Source: Novosphingobium sp.
GTDB lineage: Bacteria > Pseudomonadota > Alphaproteobacteria > Sphingomonadales > Sphingomonadaceae
Length of the DNA: 63,479 bases
NCBI GenBank assembly: GCA_031411415.1
Contig: JANOBA010000022.1
Location: forward strand, 1 to 63,479
Direction: 5' to 3'
Shown piece after piece: positions 28,823 to 38,033 of the stretch (position 1 is the stretch's first letter; each line of letters opens with the position of its first letter). The notes below the pieces were generated by a model, which ran no database searches, was not told where the DNA came from, and saw only the letters and a list, made by a program, of their open reading frames with translations. Position numbers and translations under genes: made by a program.

Positions 28823-30541
28823 GTGCGAATTTTTGATTCCGATTTCCCTGTGCCGCCATCCCTGACTGGTCCGGGCGGGGCCTATGAAATGGAAGTCAGG
28901 CGCTTTCGCGGCCATGACCACACCATGTTCAAGCATGCACCGCGCAGCCTGAATGCCCTGCTCGGTGATGCTGTGGCGCTGCACCGGTCGAAGCCTGATG
29001 AGCGCATGATCGAGCAGGACGGGCAGATCATCAGTTTCGGCATGTTCGATGCGCGCGCAGCGGCGCTGGCGGCATCGTTGCGCGATCACCCGGGGGTGAT
29101 GGCCGGTGATCATGTTGCCTTGGTCATGGCCAACCGGGCCGAATGGATGATGTCGTTCTTCGCGGTGCTGGCAATCGGGGCAGTGCCCGTGATGGTCAAC
29201 AGCCGCGGTGCCGGCGTGGAGATGCGGCGCGCGATCGAGGCCGCGGATTGCATTGCCGCCATTTGCGATCAGGCCTGCTTCGACAGGCTGGCGGAGACCG
29301 TGGATTTGCCGGTGCCGGTCGTCCTGCTGGGCGAGAGCGCGCGCGGGACATCGCTTGCCGTGCTGGATTTTGATGCGGCATCGACTCCGCGCCCCGGCGT
29401 AGTACTGGCCTTCGCCGCGCGTGAACCGGAAGGTCCGGCGCTCATCATGTTTTCCTCGGGCACGACGGGGTTTCCCAAGGCAGTGGTGCACAGCCAGGGC
29501 GGTATGGCCCATTCGCTGACGCTGGGTTTCCTGGTGAACGAGGCCTTCGACGCGCTGTATGAAAGCGAGTTCGGAGCGAATGCCTATGCCGGTCTGGCGC
29601 AGGTCAATCCGCCCAATGTGCTGTCCAGCCCGATGTTCCACGTCGCCGGCCTGCTACCCTTTCTGCGTTCTATCGTTAAGGGACAGCCGACCATCCTGAT
29701 CACCAGGTGGAACGCGGAGGCGGTGTTCGATCTGATGGAGCGCGACGGCGTGATGCGGCTGGGGCTGGTGCCGACGATGATATTCGACATGCTCGCCTCG
29801 CCGCGCGCGCAGAGCGGTATCCTTTCGCAAATCCGGTTTCTGGCCAATGGCACCGCCGCACTCGCACCGGATGTTGCTGCCGCGATCCGGCAAGCGCTGC
29901 CACGCTGCCTGATGCTCAACACCTATGGCCAAACCGAAACGATGGAGCGGGTCGCCACCTTTGGCGGGCGCGAGTTCGAGGCTAATCTCGGCGCTGTCGG
30001 CAGGGTTATGCCGACCATGCGGCTGCGGATCCTGCGCGACGACGGCAGCGATGCGGACCCAGGCGAGGCGGGCGAGATTGCCGTGTTCAGCCCGACGGTG
30101 ATGTCCGGATATTACAACGATCCCCAGGCGAGTGCCGAAACCATCCGCGATGGCTGGGCGCTCAGCGGCGATGTGGGGCGCTTTGACGAGACGGGCTTGC
30201 TGCATATCGTCGACCGCAAGAAGAACATGGTCATTTCGGGCGGCGAGAACATCTATTGCGCCGAGGTGGAGCGGGTGCTGGCCGAACACCCTGCCGTCGC
30301 CGAAGCCATTGCCTTTGGCGAGCCCGATCAGCGGCTGGGCGAGCGCCTCGTCGCCGTCGCCGTGCTGCGGGCCGGCGCGGAGGCGGGCGAGGAGGAGCTG
30401 ATGGCGCATTGCACGGCCCGTCTCGCCAGATACAAAGTGCCGCGCGCAATCGGCTTCATGCGGGATGCTCTGCCGCGCAATGCCACCGGCAAGGTTGCCA
30501 AGGGCGATTTCCTGGCAAGCTATGCAAGGCCGTGGACCTAA
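28823..30541 (+). CDS. Long-chain-type acyl-CoA synthetase
   Basis: FSSGTTGFPK, YGQTE, SGDVG, ISGGENIYCAEVE, PRNATGK. Confidence 0.92.
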   Translation: MRIFDSDFPVPPSLTGPGGAYEMEVRRFRGHDHTMFKHAPRSLNALLGDAVALHRSKPDERMIEQDGQIISFGMFDARAAALAASLRDHPGVMAGDHVALVMANRAEWMMSFFAVLAIGAVPVMVNSRGAGVEMRRAIEAADCIAAICDQACFDRLAETVDLPVPVVLLGESARGTSLAVLDFDAASTPRPGVVLAFAAREPEGPALIMFSSGTTGFPKAVVHSQGGMAHSLTLGFLVNEAFDALYESEFGANAYAGLAQVNPPNVLSSPMFHVAGLLPFLRSIVKGQPTILITRWNAEAVFDLMERDGVMRLGLVPTMIFDMLASPRAQSGILSQIRFLANGTAALAPDVAAAIRQALPRCLMLNTYGQTETMERVATFGGREFEANLGAVGRVMPTMRLRILRDDGSDADPGEAGEIAVFSPTVMSGYYNDPQASAETIRDGWALSGDVGRFDETGLLHIVDRKKNMVISGGENIYCAEVERVLAEHPAVAEAIAFGEPDQRLGERLVAVAVLRAGAEAGEEELMAHCTARLARYKVPRAIGFMRDALPRNATGKVAKGDFLASYARPWT

Positions 30542-31506
30542 CCGTCCAGACCATCCAGAAAGCCGATCAGTGCGCGGTTGACGGCATCGGGTCGTTCCTG
30601 CTGGATCCAGTGGCCTGCCCCGGGGATGATCGTCTCCTGGCGCAAGTCGGCACAGGCGGACCGCTGTCGCTCCAGAGCGCCGGGAGCCAAGGTCAGCACG
30701 ATCTCCTTGTCGCCGCACACGAAACCGGCGGGCTGCTGGATCTGCTGATCGCCATAGGCGCGCGCCTGCTCAGCGTTGCGGTCGAGGTTGCGATACCAGC
30801 AGAGCGAGCCGAAGAACCCGGCCTGCGCATAGCGCTCGGCATAGGTGTCGAGCTCCGCATCGGTCATGAATGACAGCGGCCCGGCGGGCGGATCAGGCAG
30901 GCCCGGCAGCAGGGGATCGTCGATTGGGCGCTTGCTCACCCACGCATCCTTGGCCGCATCGCCCGACAGCGCGAAGAACATGCGTTTGAGCGCAGCGCGA
31001 GGATCGCGCTCCAGCTCTGCCTCGGCACGGCCGATCTCCTGGAAATAGCGGACATAGTAAAAGCGGTCGGGATAGCCCAGTTCGAAACTCCGGGCTGCCG
31101 CAATCGGTGAGGCGGCGCTGTGCGGTACGCTGAGCCCGAAGACGCCCCGCACCGCGCCGGGAAACCGCAGCGCGCAGCGCCAGGCGGCGGGTGCGCCCCA
31201 ATCATGGCCGACCGCGACCCAGCTCGGTGCGCCGAGCGCATGGGCCAGCGCCGCCATGTCATCGGCATGGCTGTCAAGATCGTAGGCAAGTGGATCGGCC
31301 GGGCGCGACGACAGGCCATAGCCACGCATATCGGGGGCCGCGACGGTGTAGCCAGCCTGCGCCAGCGCAGACATCTGATGACGCCATGAGTGGCCCAATT
31401 CCGGCCAGCCGTGCATCAGGATAACCAGCGGCCCCGTGCCAGCGGCGGCGACCGAGAGGGTGACCCCCGGAGCCGTTTCAATCTGGTGGATGGTATGCTC
31501 GGTCAT
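30538..31506 (-). CDS. Alpha/beta hydrolase, epoxide hydrolase-like
   Basis: HGWP oxyanion motif, GHDWG nucleophile, candidate cap tyrosines (YYVRYFQ, WYRN), GHWIQQE. Confidence 0.88.
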   Translation of the reverse strand: MTEHTIHQIETAPGVTLSVAAAGTGPLVILMHGWPELGHSWRHQMSALAQAGYTVAAPDMRGYGLSSRPADPLAYDLDSHADDMAALAHALGAPSWVAVGHDWGAPAAWRCALRFPGAVRGVFGLSVPHSAASPIAAARSFELGYPDRFYYVRYFQEIGRAEAELERDPRAALKRMFFALSGDAAKDAWVSKRPIDDPLLPGLPDPPAGPLSFMTDAELDTYAERYAQAGFFGSLCWYRNLDRNAEQARAYGDQQIQQPAGFVCGDKEIVLTLAPGALERQRSACADLRQETIIPGAGHWIQQERPDAVNRALIGFLDGLDG

Positions 31507-31670
31507 TGGCCGCTGCTTTCCTTGTTGCGCTCGCTGTCAGGAACCCATGAGCCGACCTTGGCAATAAAATGGCACCCTCGGGATCGTTCATTGCACAACT
31601 ACCCCGCGCCCGGCAAAGAGATATATGATTGCCGTACGGTGCGTTTGCGGATTGTTTGAAAAGGTGAAGA

Positions 31671-33287
31671 ATGAAGGATCAATACGACTATATTATCGTT
31701 GGTGCGGGTTCCGCAGGATCGGTGATCGCCAACAGACTGTCGGCTGATCCCGCGACCTCGGTTCTGCTGATTGAAAGCGGCCCGAGCCATGAGAGTTTCC
31801 TCGTCGATATGCCCCGCGGCGTCGGCGTGATCAACAATCCCGGCAGCAAGTATAACTGGAGCTATCCCGAAGCCCTCACCGGCGGCAACCGGCCAGCCGA
31901 ACGCTGGTTCAAGGGCAAGGGGCTCGGCGGGTCCAGCTCGGTCAATGGCATGGTCTATATGCGCGGATCGCCGCGCGATTACGACCGCTGGGAAGAGGCA
32001 GGCTGTACCGGCTGGGGTTGGCAGCAGGTCGGCGCAACTTTCAAACAGTTGGAGGATCATGAACTGGGTGCCGCTGAATGGCGCGGCTCGGGTGGCCCGC
32101 TGCACGTAACGATTCACCCTGAAGGCGATGCTTTGTGCGAGGCGATTCTCACCGCCGCAGGCGAGATGGGCGTGCAGCGCGCCGCAGACATCAACGATCC
32201 CAAAATGACGACCGAAGGCAGCATCGGTTACCAGCCAGCGACCATCTGGCAGGGCAAGCGCTTCAGTGCTGCCAACGCATTCCTCGATCCCGCGCGGGCT
32301 CGCCCAAATCTGGATGTCGCCATCCAGACTACCGTGTTGAAAGTGGAGTTTGAGGGCAAGCGCGCGGTGGGCGTGAAGCTGCGCGACAAGGCTGGCGTGC
32401 GCAGTGTCCGTTCAGTGCGCGAAGTCATCCTCTCGGCGGGGGCGATAGAGACGCCCAAGCTGTTGCAGCTGTCCGGCGTCGGTCCGGCCGCTCTGTTGCA
32501 GTCGCATGGGATCGAAGTGATCCGCGACGCGCCTGAAGTTGGCCGAAATCTTCGCGAGCATCGCCATTTTGATATCCAGTACCGGGTTCGCGATGGCAGT
32601 CAGAACAAGCATCTGGGCGGCTGGCGCCTGATCCTGTCGGTGATGCGCTATGTTTTCGGGGCCAAAGGCCCGATGACTCATTGCGTGCATGAGCTTGGCG
32701 GATTCGTGAAGACAGACCCCAGCCTTCCCCATGCCGACATGCAGTTCAACCTGATTTCGGTTTCAACGACAGGGTCAGTCAATTCCGGAGCAATCAAGCT
32801 GGAGCAGGAGCCCGGGATCACGTTTCTGGGATATTTTACCCGTCCCAAAAGCCAGGGCGAAATTCGCATCCAGTCGGCTGATCCCGAAGCCGCCCCCTAC
32901 ATCAACGCCCGCCACCTTGAAGCAGAAGTCGATCGGCAGAAGGCGGTTGCAGTGGTCAACTGGATGCGCAAGCTGAGCCGACAGCCTGCTCTGGCCAACT
33001 GGATAGTGGAAGAAATCGCGCCGGGCCCATCGGTCAGCAGCGATGAAGATATTCTCAATCATGCCATGGAGATGGGCGGAACCTGTTTCCACCTTTGCGG
33101 CACCGCGCGCATGGGCGCAGATGATGCGGCGGTCGTCGATCCCCGACTGAAGGTCAAAGGTGTCGAGGGGCTGCGCGTTGCCGACACTTCGATCATGCCA
33201 ACGCTCGTCTCCGGCAATACCAATGGCCCGGCGATGATGGTTGGCATGCGCGCAGCGGGCTTTATCATGGAGGACAACGCGGCCTGA
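31671..33287 (+). CDS. GMC family oxidoreductase
   Basis: YDYIIVGAGSAG, GKGLGGSSSVNGMVYMRG, FHLCGTARMG, SGNTNGP. Confidence 0.95.
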   Translation: MKDQYDYIIVGAGSAGSVIANRLSADPATSVLLIESGPSHESFLVDMPRGVGVINNPGSKYNWSYPEALTGGNRPAERWFKGKGLGGSSSVNGMVYMRGSPRDYDRWEEAGCTGWGWQQVGATFKQLEDHELGAAEWRGSGGPLHVTIHPEGDALCEAILTAAGEMGVQRAADINDPKMTTEGSIGYQPATIWQGKRFSAANAFLDPARARPNLDVAIQTTVLKVEFEGKRAVGVKLRDKAGVRSVRSVREVILSAGAIETPKLLQLSGVGPAALLQSHGIEVIRDAPEVGRNLREHRHFDIQYRVRDGSQNKHLGGWRLILSVMRYVFGAKGPMTHCVHELGGFVKTDPSLPHADMQFNLISVSTTGSVNSGAIKLEQEPGITFLGYFTRPKSQGEIRIQSADPEAAPYINARHLEAEVDRQKAVAVVNWMRKLSRQPALANWIVEEIAPGPSVSSDEDILNHAMEMGGTCFHLCGTARMGADDAAVVDPRLKVKGVEGLRVADTSIMPTLVSGNTNGPAMMVGMRAAGFIMEDNAA

Positions 33288-33304
33288 CATGGGCGTGCTT
33301 CGGG

Positions 33305-33754
33305 TCAGTCGATCAGATTTTCGCGATCAGCCGGCACTTGCGAGAAGCGATAGGGCACGAGCGTGCGTCTGGTGAATTTCCAGCACCCGTCGACGAGTTT
33401 CAGCTCGTCGTCGTAACGCGCCAGGAGCACGATCTGGTCACTCCCCACCGGCTTCGCGAGCTCAACCAACCCGGTGCTGGTCTGGGCGGTTGTGCCGTCT
33501 GGACCTATCGTGATGTCCGTCGTTGTATTTTGCTGCATCAGCCATTCAAGGTTCGCCAGTATCGGGCCAAAAAACGCGCCGATCGCTGTTGTTCCCTTGA
33601 GCGGACCCTGATGGCCCATCAATTCGGCAACACCAAAAAATTCGGCATCCTCGGTGAAATGAGTCAGGAACGCATCGATATCGAGGCGGCCAGCCGCGCC
33701 GGAATAGCTGTTCAGCGCGGCCTGGATTGCCGCTTTTGTTCCCCACTCGCTCAT
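33305..33754 (-). CDS. NTF2/SnoaL-like protein
   Basis: AIQAALNSY...FTEDA...RYDDELKLVDGCWKFTRR. Start MSEWGTK follows a GAGGA RBS. Confidence 0.8.
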   Translation of the reverse strand: MSEWGTKAAIQAALNSYSGAAGRLDIDAFLTHFTEDAEFFGVAELMGHQGPLKGTTAIGAFFGPILANLEWLMQQNTTTDITIGPDGTTAQTSTGLVELAKPVGSDQIVLLARYDDELKLVDGCWKFTRRTLVPYRFSQVPADRENLID

Positions 33755-33759
33755 GCGGG

Positions 33760-34257
33760 TCAGGTCCTCTCTTCGTTGTCGGGGCTGCTCAGCACCTGCA
33801 TCACCATCCGCTCGATCGAGAGGCACGAATCGGCGATGCGGTCCATCCGCGAGCCTACCGCGCCTGCGGCCACATCGGGGCCCATGGTCCGCATCAGGCG
33901 TCCAATGTTGCCCAGTGAACTCAGCTGGTCGAGCAGGCAGGGCGCCATATCTCTGCCGAGGCGAAAGAAGACGCGCTTGCTGCCCCGCTCGGTCGATCGG
34001 CGCGCGCTGCCAGATTGTTCGAGGAAGCGCGCTGCATTCCATGCCCCGGCCTTGCTCATGTCGAGATCGGTGGCGATCTGTTCGAGGCTAACAGGCTCTT
34101 CGCGCAGCAGTAGATAGGCATAAAGCCGGCCTGCGGTTGCCGGAACTCCCCATGACGTCAGCAACGAAGCCATACCGTCAATGAAGTCACGCTGCCGGGC
34201 GACCGGGAGGATATCGGGAAGGCGATTAGGAATATTCACGGTGTTGTGTATATCCAA
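33760..34257 (-). CDS. GbsR/MarR-type winged-helix transcriptional regulator
   Basis: WGVPATAGRLYAYLLL..EPVSLEQIATDLDMSKAGAWNAARFLEQ. Start uncertain. Confidence 0.8.
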   Translation of the reverse strand: MDIHNTVNIPNRLPDILPVARQRDFIDGMASLLTSWGVPATAGRLYAYLLLREEPVSLEQIATDLDMSKAGAWNAARFLEQSGSARRSTERGSKRVFFRLGRDMAPCLLDQLSSLGNIGRLMRTMGPDVAAGAVGSRMDRIADSCLSIERMVMQVLSSPDNEERT

Positions 34258-34367
34258 AACGTGCTTATGATGCAAATGATTCTGGCGCTTCAGGCAATGG
34301 AGCGGTGGGCCGAAGTAATTGGCGGAAGCCATGATGCAGCAATCTGGGGCAGGGAGCGACAGGCGAC

Positions 34368-35495
34368 GTGGATATCGATCTGACTGAAGACCAGCGGATG
34401 CTGCAGGACATGACCCGGCGGTTCGTGGAAGATCGCGCACCGATTGGCCGCCTGCGCAAGTTGGCGGATGGCCGGCAATTGTTTTCGGCTGGTGAATGGA
34501 CCGAGGCCGCCGGGCAAGGCTGGATCGCGCTGCTGGTTCCGGAAGCACACAGCGGTTTCGCCGAATCGGCGCAGGGTCTGATCGATGCGGCGATCATTGC
34601 TGAGGAACTTGGCCGGGTGATCTATGCCGGACCTTTCCGGTCCAGCGCGGTCTGCGCTTTGGCGATTGGCGAGGCCGGTTCGCCGGAGCAGTGCGCTGCG
34701 CACTTGCCCGCGCTGGTGAGCGGCGAGGCGACGGGCGCCTGGGCATTTGCCGCAGGCAGTGTCCGTGGCGGCCTTGCGCCGGGCGGGGTCGCGGTCGTTC
34801 GCGATGGCGACGGATATCGGCTGGATGGCACGGCGGCCTTTGTCGAGGACGCGGATATGGCCGCGACGCTGCTGGTCAGCGCGGTCAGCCCCGGTGGGGT
34901 ATCACAGTTCCTCGTGCCGGCTGCCAGCGCGGGTGTGACGGTGACACCGCTCGATCCACTGGATAGCGGCAAGCGCATCGCCAATGTCGAACTTGCAGGC
35001 GTGCGGATAAGCGCCGATGCCCTGCTCGGCGGTTTCGAAGGCGCTGCCGACCAGTTCGAGCGGCAGCTTCAGGCCGCGATTTTGCTGCAATGCGCCGAAA
35101 CCGTGGGCGTGGTCGATCGTGCTTTCGAGATTGCCCTGGACTACACCCAGCAGCGCCTCGTCTTCGGTCGCCCGGTGGCGTCTTTCCAGGCCATCAAGCA
35201 TCGCCTCGCCGACCATGTCACGCAGCTGGAAGGCATGAAGGCGGTCGTCGCCCATGCCGCCAGGGCGGTGCAAGCGCAGGCACCGGACGCGGCAGCCGCA
35301 GTCAGTGTTGCCAAGAGCCACTGCGGGCGATGGGGCACCGAGATCGTGCGCGACTGCATGCATCTGCATGGCGGCATCGGCATGACCTGGGACCATGACA
35401 TCCACTTCTATGTGCGCCGCGCGGTGTCCAACGAAGCATTGTGGGGCCCGCCGCTGGCGCATCACGAACGACTTTGCCAGCTGGCCGGAATTTAG
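34368..35495 (+). CDS. Acyl-CoA dehydrogenase-like subunit, likely non-catalytic partner
   Basis: RLVFGRPVASFQAIKHRLAD and HLHGGIGMTWDHD present. TEP/SEP..GSD motif absent. Confidence 0.85.
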   Translation: MDIDLTEDQRMLQDMTRRFVEDRAPIGRLRKLADGRQLFSAGEWTEAAGQGWIALLVPEAHSGFAESAQGLIDAAIIAEELGRVIYAGPFRSSAVCALAIGEAGSPEQCAAHLPALVSGEATGAWAFAAGSVRGGLAPGGVAVVRDGDGYRLDGTAAFVEDADMAATLLVSAVSPGGVSQFLVPAASAGVTVTPLDPLDSGKRIANVELAGVRISADALLGGFEGAADQFERQLQAAILLQCAETVGVVDRAFEIALDYTQQRLVFGRPVASFQAIKHRLADHVTQLEGMKAVVAHAARAVQAQAPDAAAAVSVAKSHCGRWGTEIVRDCMHLHGGIGMTWDHDIHFYVRRAVSNEALWGPPLAHHERLCQLAGI

Positions 35496-35505
35496 GGAAC
35501 GCCCG

Positions 35506-36753
35506 ATGAGCACCGAGCATCGCGATAATGACGAGCAGCGCGCCTTTCGCCTCAAGGCGCGGGCCCATTTGCAAGCAAACCTGCCGCCAAGAGTGCGCGG
35601 CGAAGCTTACCTGGATTGGGAGGACAAGGCGTTTGTTGACCGCGACCGCGTGATCCAGCGCGCGCTGTGGGATGGCGGCCTGGCCGGGATCATGGTGCCC
35701 AAGGCATATGGCGGGCAAGGCCTCGACAAGCGGTTTTCCGATATTTTCTATGAAGAGGCCTTACCCTATCGGCTCCCCTGGCATTTCGGCAATGGCTTTA
35801 ACATCGTGCTGCCGGTGCTGCTGGCGCATGGCAGCGAGGCGCTGAAAACAAAGTACGTGCCCGCGATGCTGCGCGGCGAGCATATCTGGTGCCAGTTGCT
35901 TTCCGAGCCTTCGGGCGGCTCGGACCTTGCCGGTGTGCTGACCCGGGCGGAAAAGCGCGGTGACGACTGGGTGCTTAACGGCTCCAAAGTGTGGACCACC
36001 GGCGGCATGGAGGGCGACTTTGGCATGTGCCTGGCCCGGACCGACTGGACCGTGCCCAAACATGCCGGACTGACCATGTTCGCGGTCGATATGAAGGCGC
36101 CGGGTATGACAATCCATCCGCTACGGCTGGTGCGCGGCAACAGCGATTTCTGCCAGGAATTCATGGACGATCTGGTGGTCCCCGGCGATCACGTCATCGG
36201 CGATGTCGGAGGCGGCTGGACTGTCGCGGGGACCCAACTTGCCAACGAGCGCGCCGGCATGGCGCGTGGTTGGTTCGAGGGCGTGGCCGCATCAGTTGAA
36301 GCGAGCGAGATTACGCTGTCGCCCGAATATCCCGCATTTGCGCAGGAATTGGGCATTGCCGGCGATAGCCATGCGCGCCAGTTGATCGGCGAGGCTTTCG
36401 TCATCGATGCCGTGGCTCGGCTGACTGTTCAGCGGGTTGCGGGCGGCATCATGCGCGGCACCCTGCCGCCGACGGCAGGGGCGGTCTCCAGCCTGATGGC
36501 GGCACGGACGGACACACGTCGCACGGCGTTGCTGTCGGAACTTGCTGGGCCTGCCGGGGTCGTTGCGGCGGCGGGTGGGAACGGTCCGAATATCGGCTTT
36601 GCCCGCGTGACGACCCACCGGATCGGCGGCGGCACCACGGAAACCCAGCTCAATTCAGTCTCCGAGCGTTATCTGGGCCTCCCGCGTGAAGCCGATGCCA
36701 GCCGTGATCTGCCATTCAATCAGCTGCGCCACAACGCGTTGCAGGGCAAGTGA
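35506..36753 (+). CDS. Acyl-CoA dehydrogenase, catalytic partner
   Basis: WCQLLSEPSGGSD, LNGSKVWT, QLANER, IGGGTTE. Confidence 0.9.
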   Translation: MSTEHRDNDEQRAFRLKARAHLQANLPPRVRGEAYLDWEDKAFVDRDRVIQRALWDGGLAGIMVPKAYGGQGLDKRFSDIFYEEALPYRLPWHFGNGFNIVLPVLLAHGSEALKTKYVPAMLRGEHIWCQLLSEPSGGSDLAGVLTRAEKRGDDWVLNGSKVWTTGGMEGDFGMCLARTDWTVPKHAGLTMFAVDMKAPGMTIHPLRLVRGNSDFCQEFMDDLVVPGDHVIGDVGGGWTVAGTQLANERAGMARGWFEGVAASVEASEITLSPEYPAFAQELGIAGDSHARQLIGEAFVIDAVARLTVQRVAGGIMRGTLPPTAGAVSSLMAARTDTRRTALLSELAGPAGVVAAAGGNGPNIGFARVTTHRIGGGTTETQLNSVSERYLGLPREADASRDLPFNQLRHNALQGK

Positions 36754-36811
36754 GGCGGGGGCGGCCACCAGTAAATCTCCGCGCAAGCGCTCCACTTGAG
36801 AGGAAGTCACC

Positions 36812-38002
36812 ATGCCAAAGACATTGCCTTTTCCGGTCTATGACGCGGATCATCACTTTTATGAGCCGCAAGATGCCTTCATGCGGCACCTTCCCGAACG
36901 CTATAAGCGCGACTTCTATTTCGTCGAGAAAGAGGGTCGGACCAAGCTGGTGATCGACGGCAAGTTGTCTGAATTCATTCCCAATCCGACGTTCGAAGTG
37001 GTTGCCCGGCCAGGCGGCTGGGAAACCTGGTTCCGTGCCGAGAACAAGGACGGCCTTTCCCGCCGCGAGCTTCAGGGCAAGGCGATCCGTCCGCCGCTCT
37101 CGTGGCGCACCGGCGAGGACCGCATGGCCTTGCTTGATGAGCAGGGACTCCACGCGGCGTTGATTTTCCCCACGCTGGCATCGGTGATCGAGGAACGCAT
37201 CGGCGCACGCGGCGATGTGACGGCAGCCTTGTTCCATTCGCTCAACCAATGGATTGCCGATGAATGGGGCTTTTCCCGCGAGGGCCGGCAGTTCGTCGTC
37301 CCTTTCATCGCCATGACCGATGTCGACAAGGCGGTCGAGGAGCTGGAATTCGTGCTGAGCCAGGGTGCGGTCTGCGTCAACGTCCGCCCGGCGCCAGTGC
37401 CTGATATTCGCGGCAGTCGCTCGTTTGGCTATCCGGACTTCGATCCCTTCTGGGCCCGCGCTGCGGAAGCGGGAATCTTTGTCACCATGCACGGCTCGGA
37501 CAGCGGCTATGATCGGGTAACGAACTGGTGGCGCGGCGACGGCGCTGAATACACGCCTTTCGAGCGCGATACTTTCAGCGCCGTGATGGACATTGTTGGC
37601 CGGCCGATCACGGATTCGATCACCGCGCTAATCTGCCACGGCGTTTTCGAACGGCACCCGACGCTCAAGGTCGTCTCGGTCGAGAATGGCGCGACCTGGG
37701 TGGAGCCATTGCTCAAGCGCCTTGATCGCGCCTTCGGGCAGATGCCCGGTGCCTTCAAGTCACATCCGCGCGACCAGTTTCAGAAGCACGTCTGGGTGGC
37801 CCCGTTCTATGAGGACGACGTCAATGAACTGAAGCGCGACGTGCCGGTGGAGCGCATGCTGTTCGGCAGCGATTTCCCGCACCCTGAAGGCTTGGCCACG
37901 CCGCTGGACTACCTTGAGGAATTCGATAGGTTCGCACCTGAAGAAGTCGAGAAAGTGTTCTCAACCAATCTCAAGGAACTTCTGGAAGGCGCTTCATTAT
38001 AA
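36812..38002 (+). CDS. Amidohydrolase_2 family protein, paralog of 19304-20533
   Basis: DADHHFYE, IPNPTF, VENG, LFGSDFPH. Confidence 0.88.
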   Translation: MPKTLPFPVYDADHHFYEPQDAFMRHLPERYKRDFYFVEKEGRTKLVIDGKLSEFIPNPTFEVVARPGGWETWFRAENKDGLSRRELQGKAIRPPLSWRTGEDRMALLDEQGLHAALIFPTLASVIEERIGARGDVTAALFHSLNQWIADEWGFSREGRQFVVPFIAMTDVDKAVEELEFVLSQGAVCVNVRPAPVPDIRGSRSFGYPDFDPFWARAAEAGIFVTMHGSDSGYDRVTNWWRGDGAEYTPFERDTFSAVMDIVGRPITDSITALICHGVFERHPTLKVVSVENGATWVEPLLKRLDRAFGQMPGAFKSHPRDQFQKHVWVAPFYEDDVNELKRDVPVERMLFGSDFPHPEGLATPLDYLEEFDRFAPEEVEKVFSTNLKELLEGASL

Positions 38003-38033
38003 ATAAATATCAGCATCAGGGCCTAGGCCATTG

